Shown one piece after another: positions 47,099-64,000 of a DNA stretch of 64,000 nucleotides. The notes below the pieces were generated by a model. The model saw only the letters and a program-made list of their open reading frames with translations, was not told the origin of the DNA and did no database searches. The position numbers and the translations under genes are program-made. The stretch's first letter is position 1. Every line of letters begins with the position of its first letter. Source of the stretch: the human T2T-CHM13v2.0 reference genome, Homo sapiens; NCBI RefSeq assembly GCF_009914755.1, contig NC_060940.1; one strand, 5' to 3'.

Positions 47099-47269
47099 TA
47101 ATTTCTAGATCCTCAGCATCTGCTATGTTCCAGGGGCAGGAGGAAGCTCTGTCTTCACTTTGGCAGCAAGCCTGTAGCCTAGGCATTCTCAGCCCGTTTT
47201 GCTGGAGGGGGCATTTGAGGCCTGGCCAGCTTAGCCAGCCTACAAGGAGTGTTACTGGGGTGAAAACAG

Positions 47270-47780
47270 CCAGCGGGGACCAGTCTGCTTGTGGCCCGCC
47301 AGGTGCCTGGGATGGGGAAGCAGCAAATGCCCACCTTCCTGCCCAACCCCCTCCTCCCTCTTCATGGGGGGAACTGGGGGTGGCAGCGGCTGCCGGGTGC
47401 GAGCGGGCTCAGGCCTGTGGCCCTGCCTGACGTTGGTCCCCATCAAGCCATGTGACGAGACCAGGCCACAAGAAAGAGGTTTCAACAAGCGTTATCGTTT
47501 CCTGGAACTCCAACTCGGCGACTTCCCCGAAGACCGGCTGTGCCTGGCGGGCGGGCTGCGCACAGCGGGGACAAGGCTGCCCCCTTCCTCCTCCGCTGCC
47601 TCCGCGGCCGCGTCTATCTCAGTCTGACTACCTGGAAGCAGCACTCCACCCTCCAGCCCAGCGGCCCTCGGCTCAGCTGCCAGGTCACCGGCAACCCCGG
47701 GAGCGGTGGGGCAGGGGCTGCTCCGCCAGCCTCTGTGATGTTCAGGCCGGGCTGCACCAGCCCGGGACCCCTAGGTGCCC
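47270..47780. promoter_or_regulatory. CpG-rich candidate enhancer with tandem GAS sites
   Basis: Many intact CpGs in unique sequence; TTCCTGGAA 47499 and TTCCCCGAA 47523. Confidence 0.5.
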
Positions 47781-47889
47781 AGAAACCCACTTCCTCTTGT
47801 TTCTGCCCCTGAACAAGCTTCTCAGGGCAGCTGACAATCAGACTTAGCACAGATGTGCCTCAGTGTTGCTCTCAGAGAAATGAACACAA

Positions 47890-48170
47890 GGCTAGACGCA
47901 GTAGCTCACACCTGTAATCCTAGCACTTTGGGAGGCCGAGGTGGGCGGATCATTTGAGGTCAGGAGTTCGAGACCAGCCTGGCCAACATGGTGAAATCCC
48001 GTCTCTACTAAAAACACAAAAATTAGCCAGGCGTGGTGGTGGGCGCCTGTAATCACAGCTACTCAGGAGGTTGAGGCACAAGAATCACTTGAACCCAGGA
48101 GGCAGAGGTTGCAGTGAGCTGAGAGTGAACCACTGCACTCCAGCCTGGACAATAGAGCGAGATTCCATCT

Positions 48171-48204
<34 letters not shown>

Positions 48205-48213
48205 GAAAAGAAA
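47890..48213 (+). mobile_element. Alu (S-type)
   Basis: Sense Alu, A/GAAAA tail. Confidence 0.95.
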
Positions 48214-48666
48214 TGGAAACAAATCTCCCACCCCATTCATCCTGCCCACCAGACAGGGGCCTCTCTGGATCCAGGCGGATAGTTTCTGTTTCTGGCTGAC
48301 TAGGCCCTAGAAATCCAGAGAAGGGGCTAAAACCTCACTTTGGTGGAGGTGGGGTGGCTCAGAACTCAAATTCTTGGGTACCACCATCTCGGTGATGACT
48401 CTGGGATAAGTCACTTCCTCAGTTCCCCAGTTCACAGAAACCCCAGTTGTAAATATAGACCTGGCCACAATGGGGCGGGGTGGTGGGCCCAGGGGCAGAG
48501 TGAGATGGGGAGTGAGGAGGAAGAACCAAGGACAAAATCTGATTCCTCTGAAAAGGCAGAAGCCTCCAGGCCAATGGGGTTTTCTTAACCTGCTTTTGGG
48601 AAGGAAAGACTGTCAGGCTTTTGGTCTCTCTGGGCCTCAGTTTCCTCCTCTATAAAATGAAAATGA

Positions 48667-48748
48667 TATTAGCTTGAGCCATATGAAATTGCCAACACTC
48701 TTGTGGTTTCGACCTCCAAAACCAGCAATTTCATATGATGCTCTAACA
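48667..48748. mobile_element. MADE2-like mariner MITE inside a MIR
   Basis: Perfect IR catatgaaattgc (48680-48692) / gcaatttcatatg (48725-48737). Confidence 0.7.
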
Positions 48749-48869
48749 TGACTTATCTGGAAAACTGCAGACTGAAATGAGATCCTGCAAAGTGCTTAGC
48801 AGAGTGATTGCATATAATAGGTGCTCAATAAACAATAGGCCTTATGTTATAATACTTTTTCAAATAAAA

Positions 48870-48998
48870 ATATTATTTTTTTGTAGAGACGGGGGTCTCA
48901 CTAGGTTGCCTAGGCTGGTCTTGAACTCCCGGGCTCAAGCGATCCTCCTGCCTTGGCCTCCCAAAGTGGGATTACAAGTGTGAGCCACTGCACCCGGC
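48870..48998 (-). mobile_element. FLAM-like monomer
   Basis: Single antisense monomer. Confidence 0.85.
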
Positions 48999-49449
48999 CA
49001 TAATATATATCTTATATCTCTTATATCTCCTATCTAATGATATGTCACCAGTAATAATAATGGCAGTGCTCCTAATTCTTTCACCCATCCTCTCCTTGTC
49101 AAACCCACAGCCACTTCCACTTACTGAGCACACTGTGCACCCAGGACAGATATAAATGTTCTCCATTCGGTTTTCACCACTTACTGTCACCCACAAGCGT
49201 GAGCCTGTGCAGGCATGGTGTCAGAGCTCAGGATTCATGTGTACACAGCATATAAGCCAGCACGATCTCATTCTGTGTCCCTTCTCATTCTGGCCATCTC
49301 ACTCCAGAGTGAGACCCAGTCTCTCCTCATTTGGCGCATGCTTGCTGAGGATGGCCCTATTGCTACATTAACTTGTGCAAGCCACACCACGCTCATGGTT
49401 AATCTTGAGTTTATATCCTACTATAGTGTTAAGATCAAAAGTCATCCTT

Positions 49450-49726
49450 GGCCAGGCGTGGTGACTCAAGCCTGTAATCCTAGCACTTTGGGAGGCCGAG
49501 GCGGGCAGGTCACTTGTGGTCAGGAGTTCAAGACCAGCCTGACCAACATGGCGAAACCCTGTCTCTACTAAAAACACAAAAAATTAGCTGGGCGTGGTGT
49601 AATCCCAGTTACACATTGAGGCACGAGAATCACTTGAACCTGGGAGGCAGAGGTTGCAGTGAGCCGAGATGGCGCCACTGTACTCCAGCCTGGGCAACAG
49701 AGCAAGACTCTGTCTCAAAAAAAAAA
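49450..49726 (+). mobile_element. Alu (S-type) with small deletions
   Basis: TSD aaaagtca(t)cctt. Confidence 0.93.
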
Positions 49727-50039
49727 GTCACCTTCTATTGGAGCAATTGATATTTTTAAGCCAAATGTAGGATATTTATGTCTTCAATTTCATCTTTGTA
49801 CCCACTCAGTGTCCCAGTCCAGGGTTTGTTTGGGATCTGGCTCTGTTGCCCAGTGAATTCATTGTCCTTGCAATAAGCAGGTTGTCTGGCTTCTAATGAA
49901 GGAATCCAGGAAGAAGGAAGGAAGAGCATTAGCTGAGGCCGGAGCCCTGTGGCATACCACATAAGACCGCTCAGCCAGCTGTCACATGTGTGTGCAAGCG
50001 TGTGGTGTGTGTGTGTGTAGTTAATAATTTACAGAGTTG

Positions 50040-50345
50040 GCCGCCAGGTGCAGTGGCTCATGCCTATAATCCCAACACTTTGGGAGGCTGATGCAGGATT
50101 ACTTGGGGCCAGGAGTTTGAGACCAGCCTAGACAACATAGACTCCGTCTCTACAAAAACAAAACAAAACAAAACAAAATTAGCCAGGTGTGGTAGCACAG
50201 TCTATATAATCCCAGCTACTTGGGAGGCTGAGGCTGGAGGATTGCTTGAGTCCAGGAGTTTAAGGCTGCAGTGAGCTAGGATCATGCCACTGCACTCCAG
50301 TCCTGGCAACAGGGCAAGACCCCGGCTTAAAAAAAAAAAAAAAAA
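50040..50345 (+). mobile_element. Alu (J-type)
   Basis: Sense Alu. Confidence 0.92.
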
Positions 50346-50414
50346 GTAAAACACATTTATAAAGTTTCCAACCTGGATATTAATGCTTCTGTCTGGCTTT
50401 AAACCTCACTGAAG

Positions 50415-50726
50415 GGCCGGGCGCAGTAGCTCATGCCTGTAAGCTCAGCACTTTGGGAGGCCAAGGCAGGCGGATCACGAGGTCAGGAGTTCGAGACCAG
50501 CCTGACCAATATGGTGAAAACCCGTCTCTACTAAAAATATAAAAATTAGCTGGACATGATGGCACGTGCCTGTAATCCCAGCTACTCAGGAGGCTGAGGC
50601 ACGAGAATCACTTGAACCCAGGAGGCGGAGGTTGCAGCAGTGAGCCGAGATCACACCACTGCACTCCAGCTTGGGGACAAGACTGAAACTCTGTCTCAAA
50701 TAAATAAATAAATAAATAAATAAAAA
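50415..50726 (+). mobile_element. Alu (Sg-like)
   Basis: (TAAA)n tail. Confidence 0.95.
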
Positions 50727-50749
50727 CACAACTCATTGAAGGCTAATTT

Positions 50750-50920
50750 TGGCCTTGCCACATGTTAGCTGTGTGACCTTGAGCAAGTTGTTTCACCTCT
50801 CCGGGCCTCAGTTTTCTCATCTGAGAAATGGAGATTGTAACAGTTTTCCCCCTATGGGGTGGTAGAAAGGATGACTGAGACGGTGTACATGGCACTTCCA
50901 GCAGTGCCTGGCGTGCCATC
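50750..50920 (+). mobile_element. MIR
   Basis: tagctgtgtgaccttgagcaag..gggcctcagttttctcatctg. Confidence 0.8.
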
Positions 50921-51446
50921 GCAGTTTGAGCCAGAGCCATGGAGCGTCTCTGCACCAGATGGATCCTGAAAAGTTGAACAACAGCACGTCTCCAGGGCCA
51001 GCAATTTGGCAGAGGCAGGAGGGAGGCAAGGCTGTCCCTTAGGGACTGGAGTGCCAGGCCTCCATGCAGGCTCCCTAGGAGGCCAGTCTCCCTCCTCTCA
51101 TAATGCAGCCTCAAAGCCTTGGTTGTGTCTAGTTTGACAGGGACTGACCAGCAGCCCCTTCCCACTTGGCCCAGGGCTTTGGGGCTCCCAGCCAGAGTGA
51201 CTTCCCCAGTCTAAGCCTCAGTTTTCCCATCCATGAAAAGGGAACAAACCCACAGTGGACGGTTAGGAGCACTTGGTGAAGTAAACCACATCCCAAGGTC
51301 AACACTGGGTCCGTTCCCCATTCTGGCTGGGCCTGGGCTTCCTTACTGCCCTGATGGGGATGACAGCTCCTCCCTAGCTAGTCAATGACCTAGAAGGATG
51401 CTTATGAAATGCTAAGTGGAAAAAAAGTGTGTTGCAATATGGGTCA

Positions 51447-51788
<342 letters not shown>

Positions 51789-51949
51789 ACTATATATGTG
51801 TGTGTATCTGCAGAAATCAGGTTAGAAATACACACATTACACACACACATACATATGTGTGTGTATATATATATAATTTATTTAATGCTAACGTTATTGG
51901 TAGGTTCTTTAAACATTTTTTGAAACAAATGTGGAAATTAAAAAATAAC

Positions 51950-52075
51950 ATGGGCTGGTGGGGAATGTTAATGAGGGGGAGGCTGTGCACGTGGGGGCAG
52001 GGAGAACATGGGAACACTATGTACTTTCCACTCCATTTTGATGTAAACCTAAAACTGCTCTAATAAATACTAAGT
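51950..52075 (+). mobile_element. L1MC-like 3' end
   Basis: gttaatgagggggaggctgtgcacgtggggg..tgtaaacctaaaactgctc. Confidence 0.7.
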
Positions 52076-52080
52076 TATTA

Positions 52081-52385
<305 letters not shown>

Positions 52386-52634
52386 CTAAATAAAGCAACC
52401 ACAAATCAGGGGGTGTGAAAGTGTAGAAGCCCTGCGTTCCACTTGCTCTCCCTCAAGCTTTCCTTGACCACAGACATCAGCAAGTGACGGGGGCCACTGT
52501 CGGCCCCAGCTCCTGGCAAAACTGGTCTTGGCTCTTTCACACTGGAAGATCATTGTGTCTCTTCTTAAGACATGTGGCTCCATTTCACTTCATTCCAGCC
52601 AAACCTGACCTCTGACCCATGCTGTTCTCCAGAC

Positions 52635-53040
52635 TCCAGTTACCCAGGACTCTGGGTTGTAAGTGACAGAAACAAAACTCAGGCAGCATAAGTGAAAATG
52701 GAAATGTGGCGCATGGAACAAGGACATCAAGGTGGACTTCAGGCATGGCTGGATGCAGGCGATCACACAATGCATCAGGGCTCTGTCTCGTGTCTTTCTC
52801 ATCAACTCTCTTGATACAGTGGGCACATTGGCTAAATTAGGGCCAGTGTGCTAAATTGGCTAAATTAGGGCCAATTCTGTTAGTTTCAGCTGAAAAGGGA
52901 GGTGTCTGATTGGTCCAGCTTAGGTCATGTCCCTACGCTGAATTGGGGCATGGGGAACTCTGATTGGCCAGGTCTGGTCCACACCCATCTCTGGCCAGGG
53001 TGCTGTGATTGACAGCTCCTTCAGGACCATAGAGCATGCG
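52635..53040 (-). mobile_element. Old MLT1 (K/L-like) LTR remnant
   Basis: ggttgtaagtgacagaaac..ttcaggcatggctggat..ctgattggtccagcttaggtcatg. Confidence 0.55.
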
Positions 53041-53501
53041 GGCCAGACAGTTCCCTGAGAGCAAAGCTCTGGCTCACAGTACGCCACACGTGATTTCTGC
53101 TCTCCAGCCCTCCAGCTCCTTAGAATGTGGGACAGAGACCATCGGCTCAGGTCTGTGTTCCTAGGGCTGGGACGCCTCGTATGGCGGAAGGAGGAGGGAC
53201 TTTGGGCTCCAACAGACCTGGGTGTGAATCCAAGCGCCGCAGGTCACTTTACCTCTCTAAGCCTTATTTTCGCTCCCAAACATGTCTCCCTACAGGATGG
53301 TGCCAAGGATTTAAGTTAGTCCCTAAGGGCAGAGTGGGAACCTAGGCCCTAGTCCGGACCTGACAGCCATGATGGGGATCGGGGCACTGCCTGTATCTCA
53401 CGTGAGAAAAGTTTGGATCTCCACTCAGGCTGTGCAGTCTTGGGCAGATAACACTTCTCTAAACCTCAGTTTCTTCCCTTGCAAAAAATAGAGAAACATG
53501 C

Positions 53502-54223
53502 TATCTTAGTCTGTTTTCTTTCTTTCTTTTTTTTTTTTTGTTTTTTGTTTTTCTGAGATGGAGTCTCCCTCTGTCGCCCAGGCTGGAGTGCAGTGGCACG
53601 ATCTTGGCTCATAGCGACCTCTGCCTCCTGGGTTCAAGCAACTTCTCGCCTCAGCCTCTTGAGTAGCTGGGATTACAGGTGCCTGCCAACATGCCCTGCT
53701 AATTTTCGTATTTTTGTAGAGATGGGGTTTCACCATGTTGGCCAGGCTGGTCTCGAACTCCTGACCTCAGGTGGTCTGCCTGCCTCAGCATCCCAAAGTG
53801 CTGGGATTACAGGCCTGAGCCACTGTGCCTGGCCCTTAGTTCATTTTCTGTTGCATATCACACAATACCTGAAACTGGGTAATTTATAAAGAAAGGTTAT
53901 GGAGGCTGAGAAGTCCAAGGTCAAGGACTGCATTTGGTGAGGGCCTTCTTGCTGGTGGGGACTCAGTGCAGAGTCCCAAGGTGGCACAGGGCATCCCATG
54001 GTGAGTGGGCTGAGTGTGTTTGTTCACATCTCTCTCCCTCTTCTCATAAAGCCACCAGGGCCACACCCATGATAACCCATTAATCTATTACTCATTCTAT
54101 CCGTTAATCCATGGGTCTCTCTTGACCCAGTCACCTCTTAAAGGTCCCACCTGTCAATACTGCCACACTGGGGATTCAGTTTCAACATGAGTTTTGGAGG
54201 GGACAAATATTCAAACCATAGCA
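53502..54223 (-). mobile_element. MSTB-type LTR split by an Alu
   Basis: ggaggctgagaagtccaaggtcaag..ttttggaggggacaaatattcaaaccatagca; near-TSD catgc/catgg. Confidence 0.85.
53513..53834 (-). mobile_element. Alu (S-type)
   Basis: Antisense Alu. Confidence 0.95.
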
Positions 54224-54476
54224 CATGGCTACTACAGGGACAGTTATTCTGATGATGGCAGGTAACACGGGCCCATTGCTAGAGATCACACCTCCAGGCC
54301 TTTGCTGATGCTGTTCCTGCTGCCTGAGATGTCTTTCCTGCAGCTTCTGGGGGAAACTCCTTGCCACCCGTGTTTGAAGACTCAGACAGCAACTCCTCCA
54401 GGGAGCCTCCCCTGATTTCACATCTCCTATCATCCGCCTCACAATTCCTAGGCCTGATTAGCCATGCTCCTGCTGA

Positions 54477-54950
<474 letters not shown>

Positions 54951-55417
54951 TAAGCTTTCTGGGGGTCACCCAACTCCAGCACAGGCCTCTGATGTTGGCT
55001 TTGCTGGCAACATGACACCTTCCCGGAGGAGGGGGCCTTTGGGCAGGAGAGGAAGTCCAGGCTGCATCTGGAAGCCCAGGTGGCTGATTTCTAAGAAACC
55101 AGTTGAGGGACAGGAAGGCTGGGGCAAAGGATGATTGGGACGGCTTTTACTTTCAGTTTTCTGGAGCTGGAGCAAAGCAGGTGCCCAGGGTTCTTAGTGG
55201 GAAGGGGAGGGTGGCGCAGTCACAGCCTCTTAGAGTCAAAAATAGCCACCACTTCGGGACATAGACCAGGCCTGGAGCCCAGAGTGGCTCCGCTTGGCCC
55301 CAGCAACACAGGCATGAGGGTGGGTGCAGTGAGCAGCTGTCACTGGGGGCTCCCAGGCAGGATACAGCATCTGAAAGCCTGCGTCCTCGCTCCTGGTCCC
55401 TGGCTCATCCATTTGTC

Positions 55418-55724
55418 CTTTATTTATTTATTTGCTTATTTACTGAGACATGATCTTGCTCTGTTGCCTAGGCTGGAGTGCAGTGGCACAATCAGCTCAC
55501 TGCAGCCTCGACCTCCCAGGTCAGTCAATCCTCCTGCCTCAGCCTCCCAAGTAGCTGGGACCACAGACATGCACCACCACGCCTGGTTAATTTTTGTATT
55601 TTTTGTACTAATGAGAGACTCACTATGTTGCCCAGGCTGGTCTCAAACTCCTGGGCTCAAGCCATCCTCCTGCCTCAGCCTCCCAAATTGTTGGGATGAC
55701 AGGTGTGAGCCACTGCAACCAGCC
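55418..55724 (-). mobile_element. Alu (J-type)
   Basis: Antisense Alu. Confidence 0.92.
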
Positions 55725-55751
55725 TCACCATTTATTTTATACATGCCTTAG

Positions 55752-56382
<631 letters not shown>

Positions 56383-56557
56383 AAAACAATTTTTCACCGT
56401 ATTGTTCGAAACAGATGTTCCCCTGAACATTAAAGCAATCTAAATGTCTACTATAGTGTTGTCTCAGGGAATAATAACCATCACATCTAAGGTTTTATGA
56501 GATACATTTTTCCCTAATACACACTGAAATCAACACAACCATTAAGAGAATGTTTGC

Positions 56558-56687
56558 AGCCAGGTGTAGTGGCTCACCACTGTAATCCTGGCACTTTGGC
56601 AGGCTGAGGCAGGTAGATTGCTTGAGCCCAGGAGTTCGAGACCAGCCTGGGCAACATAGGAAGATTCTGTCTCTATTTTTTTTTAAA
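56558..56687 (+). mobile_element. FLAM-like Alu monomer abutting the pseudogene 5' end
   Basis: Left-arm monomer ending tctctattttttttaaa. Confidence 0.85.
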
Positions 56688-58870
<2,183 letters not shown>

Positions 58871-58930
58871 AAATGTTCACCAGTTTTATGCCTGACACAT
58901 AACGGGGCAGGACACCATACCTGCACTTAG

Positions 58931-59292
<362 letters not shown>

Positions 59293-59434
59293 ACCCCATT
59301 TACATCCTTGTCTCCATTGCTCCTTGGTTACTTAGCCCATTATCTGCACTCGATGTGGGACTGGTATCTGACCTCTAGATACATTTCTGTTTTGTTTTTT
59401 TTTGTTTGTTTTTTGTTTTCCTAGAGAACTTTCT

Positions 59435-59600
59435 TTGTACCAGGCATGCTTCTAAGCACTTTATGATGTTCATGCATTTACACCCCCTTCACAGTCCTGG
59501 CAGATAGTGACAGTGATAATTCATGCTTAACAAATGGGGAAACTGAGGCACAAAGTGGTTTAATCAGTGATTAAGTAAACTTGCTTATGTTACAGAGGTT
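59435..59600 (-). mobile_element. MIR
   Basis: acaaatggggaaactgaggcacaaagtggtt. Confidence 0.75.
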
Positions 59601-60604
59601 AAACTCTCTCAAAGAGAGGTCCCTGCCCTCTTGGCACTCAATCTGTGAGACAGAGCAAACCTCTTGGCAGTCCCTCACGTGGACTTTAGCAGAGGCAGCG
59701 GGACCCAGCAGAAAAAGTTAAGGAGAGCTTCCTAGGGGAGATGTTTGCTGAGTTGGGTTTTGAAGGTTGAGTAGGAGTTTGTCAAGTGAAAAGAAAGCAA
59801 GGGAAACAGCAAAGGCTTTCCCTGGGGAGCTAGGAAGGCCTAGGGAACCATGAGAAATTGGGGTAAATGGGAGCAGACGAGGAATGTGACAGGAATGAGG
59901 TGTGGTTGGAAATGTACATTGAAGCCAGATGGCGGGGGGCCTCAAGTTTCACGGGAAAGGGGTCATATTTGAATATCTAGCAGTTGAGAGCTGCTGGAAC
60001 ACTGTGGAGTCACCTTGTTTGGTTCAAATACTGCTTCTACTACTTTGACTACCTTGAAATCATGGACAAGAAACACAACCTCTCCTGGCCTCAGTTTCCC
60101 TGTCTGTAAAATTAGACAATAATAATACCTAACTGGAATGTGCTAGATAAGGGTGAGCTGATAGTAATTTTTATTTCCAGTGGGAGCTAAGTGTATAACT
60201 GGGGGTGTAAGGTGATCAAATTTGCAATTTGGGTAATCATACCCAATTCCCTCCTAATGCCTGCAAAGGGAGCTGGGGCCCACATCTCTGGTCCTCAGTT
60301 TCCCCATTGTGAATCCAGTGAAGGGGAGCCTGCTTTAAGGCTTGAGTGTGCCTTCCTCCCCTGCCCCCACACCCCTGCCCAGGCTAGACCTGAGATAGTT
60401 TCACTTTGACCCAACTTCTGGCAACTGTGGCCTTTCCTGTCAGAAGGCTGGCTACAAGAGGACTTGGCAAAGGTGAGACAAATGGCAGAAATATGCCCAG
60501 GTCTGGGCATGCTGGGGGTTTCATTTTCAACAGTACAAGCTGGGGTCAGAGGCAGGGTCCCCTGACTTAGGATCCAGCCTGCCCTGGGAATATCATCCCT
60601 TTAG

Positions 60605-60971
<367 letters not shown>

Positions 60972-61270
60972 TAATCCTTCACACGCTGTGAGCTCTGGGT
61001 GCCTATGCCATTTCACAAGTGAGGAAACTGAGGCTCAGCATCAGTGAAGGGGCTACTTGTCAATAACACACAGCTGGCAGTGTTTCTCCAGGCGTGGGAT
61101 GAGTGCCCTGGAGGGTCTCTGGGTGGGGGTTTTAGGTGAAACATGGACATTTTTATAAAACATCGAGGCCCCTCCTCCTCTGTGAAACCATGATTTCATA
61201 TTTTCATCCTCTTGTAGTCTTTCTGCTTAAGTCAAAAAGAAAGTCTCATATTGGTGCTATTGTGTCATAA

Positions 61271-61974
<704 letters not shown>

Positions 61975-62334
61975 TCCTTCTTTCTTTTTCTGTCTCTAAA
62001 CCAAACATGGAGCAGACCTTTTGCTCAGCACACAGCAGTATCTAGCTAGAACTTACAATTTTTGGATTTCATTTCATTGCTTAAGGGTTACCTCTTTGTT
62101 GCGGGTGATTCTACCTTCCATCTATGGTAATAAAACATTTCCCTTGAAATAAAATTTACTTAAGGAAATCATGTAACTTAATTTGCAGGAAATATTAATT
62201 AAATAACAGAACAGCTGGGGACTTGGACAGATCTGGCAAAAAAAAAAAAAAAAATACAAGTGAAGCTCCAGTGACTGGTGTGACAGCCTCAGCTTAGAGA
62301 TGAAAATGAAGGCATGGCTATAAAATTAGGCTGC

Positions 62335-62545
62335 CCGAGATTCGAATCCATGCCCCCCACCAAGGCTCTGCTACCTACCTGCAGTGTGACCCAAGCCCGT
62401 TATTTAACCCTGTGCCCCAGTTTCCTCATCTGCAAAATGAAGGTAGTAATAGTCATACCTGATTCATACAGTTCTTGTGAGGATTAATTGGGATACTACG
62501 CATGAATTACTTAGAATCATGCCTAGCGTCTAGCGACATGGGTGA
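62335..62545 (+). mobile_element. MIR
   Basis: gccccagtttcctcatctgcaaaatgaaggtagtaatag..gttcttgtgaggattaa. Confidence 0.8.
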
Positions 62546-62681
62546 GCTGGCAGTCACCGCTGTTATTAGCAAGAAGCAACCTGAGAATGGGACCAGGTGG
62601 GTCTGACTTCATGGCTGTGCTGATTCAAATCCTCTGCACAGCTGCTATGACGCAAAATAATAATTATTATTCTAGTTCTGT

Positions 62682-63253
<572 letters not shown>

Positions 63254-63509
63254 AGTCAATGAGACGGTGTTTCAAACAACAACAACAAACAAACAAACAG
63301 CAGCAATGAAAGAATCAAGCAGAGAGGGCTGATTCCAATGACTGGGCACACATCACGTATTAAGCACTTTTCAGGCATCCTCTGATTGAACTTCACCCAT
63401 GAGGTGGGTAGTTCTTAACCTCATTTCCAGGTAGGAAAAGAGGTTCAAGACCTAAGGTCTATGTGAGGTTGGGTAGGCAGGGATTGCTGTGGACCGGAAT
63501 GGGGTGGGA

Positions 63510-64000
63510 GAACACGTTGGTCTCCGACGACTACAGGGCGTGGGAGAGGGCTCGCTATTGTGGCCTTGACCTGGCATGCCCTTGGGACATGCCCTCCCCG
63601 GGCCTGGGGTCTTCCAAGAGCCCTGAGATCCCGGCAGGCAGGACGTACCACGAGAACTGGGAACCACGTGAAGGCCAGAAGGGCTGCGGAGCCCGCAGTG
63701 CTGCCGAGAGGCCGAGAGGAAGCCGAGGGAAGCCGAGTGTGGCCGAGCCGAGCCAAGTCAAGCCGAGCGTGGCCGAGCCACGCCGAGTGGGCCTGGGGCA
63801 GCGGTTGGTGGGGAGAGCGGCGCAATGACGTCACTGGCGCGGCGCGTGGTGGCCTCTCGAGAGTGCAGGCGCCGTGGGGCGTCAGCTGGACAAAAGCCGA
63901 CCCGACTTCATTTGTCTGCCTCGACCCCGACCCCGGCTGGTAGACAGCACTCCTGATGCACGGGACGAGGGAGCGGCACGAGCAAAGGCCCTGAAACAGG
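63510..64000. promoter_or_regulatory. CpG-rich promoter-like region with a full CRE
   Basis: High CpG density to the window end; TGACGTCA 63826-63833 and CACGTG 63665-63670. Confidence 0.6.
63702..63790. repeat. GCCGAG-based short tandem array, ~10-bp period
   Basis: agccgaggga agccgagtgt ggccgagccg agccaagtca agccgagcgt ggccgagcca cgccgagtgg. Confidence 0.75.

Noticed and set aside
63702-63790. CRISPR-like array
   Set aside because: Eukaryotic DNA, no unique spacers, no cas genes; a short tandem repeat

Overview
Human-like (primate) GC-rich, non-coding DNA with about 64 Alu copies or fragments (roughly 1 per kb), plus MIR, L2 and old L1 remnants, MaLR/ERVL solo LTRs, small DNA transposons and long purine/pyrimidine tracts. 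I find no credible protein-coding exon; the ORF track is almost all Alu-derived or low-complexity. The only gene-like object is a disabled, full-length processed pseudogene of HNRNPC (C2 splice form, + strand, ~56688-58870) with an AluY in its 3'UTR. From memory, and unverified, this fits HNRNPCP4 between LITAF and SNN on 16p13.13. I do not see a new gene system. The most unusual signal is a set of local DNA-copying scars: a perfect 82-bp inverted copy of an LTR segment inside an Alu 1 kb away, a 73-bp tail-less copy of a neighbouring AluJ inside an LTR, a 69-bp duplication flanking an Alu, and several patchwork micro-duplications. Repeat-poor stretches carry clustered AP-1, C/EBP, NF-kB, STAT/BCL6 and CRE motifs and are candidate regulatory elements. 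Repeat family names come from recalled consensus sequences, and repeat boundaries are approximate.
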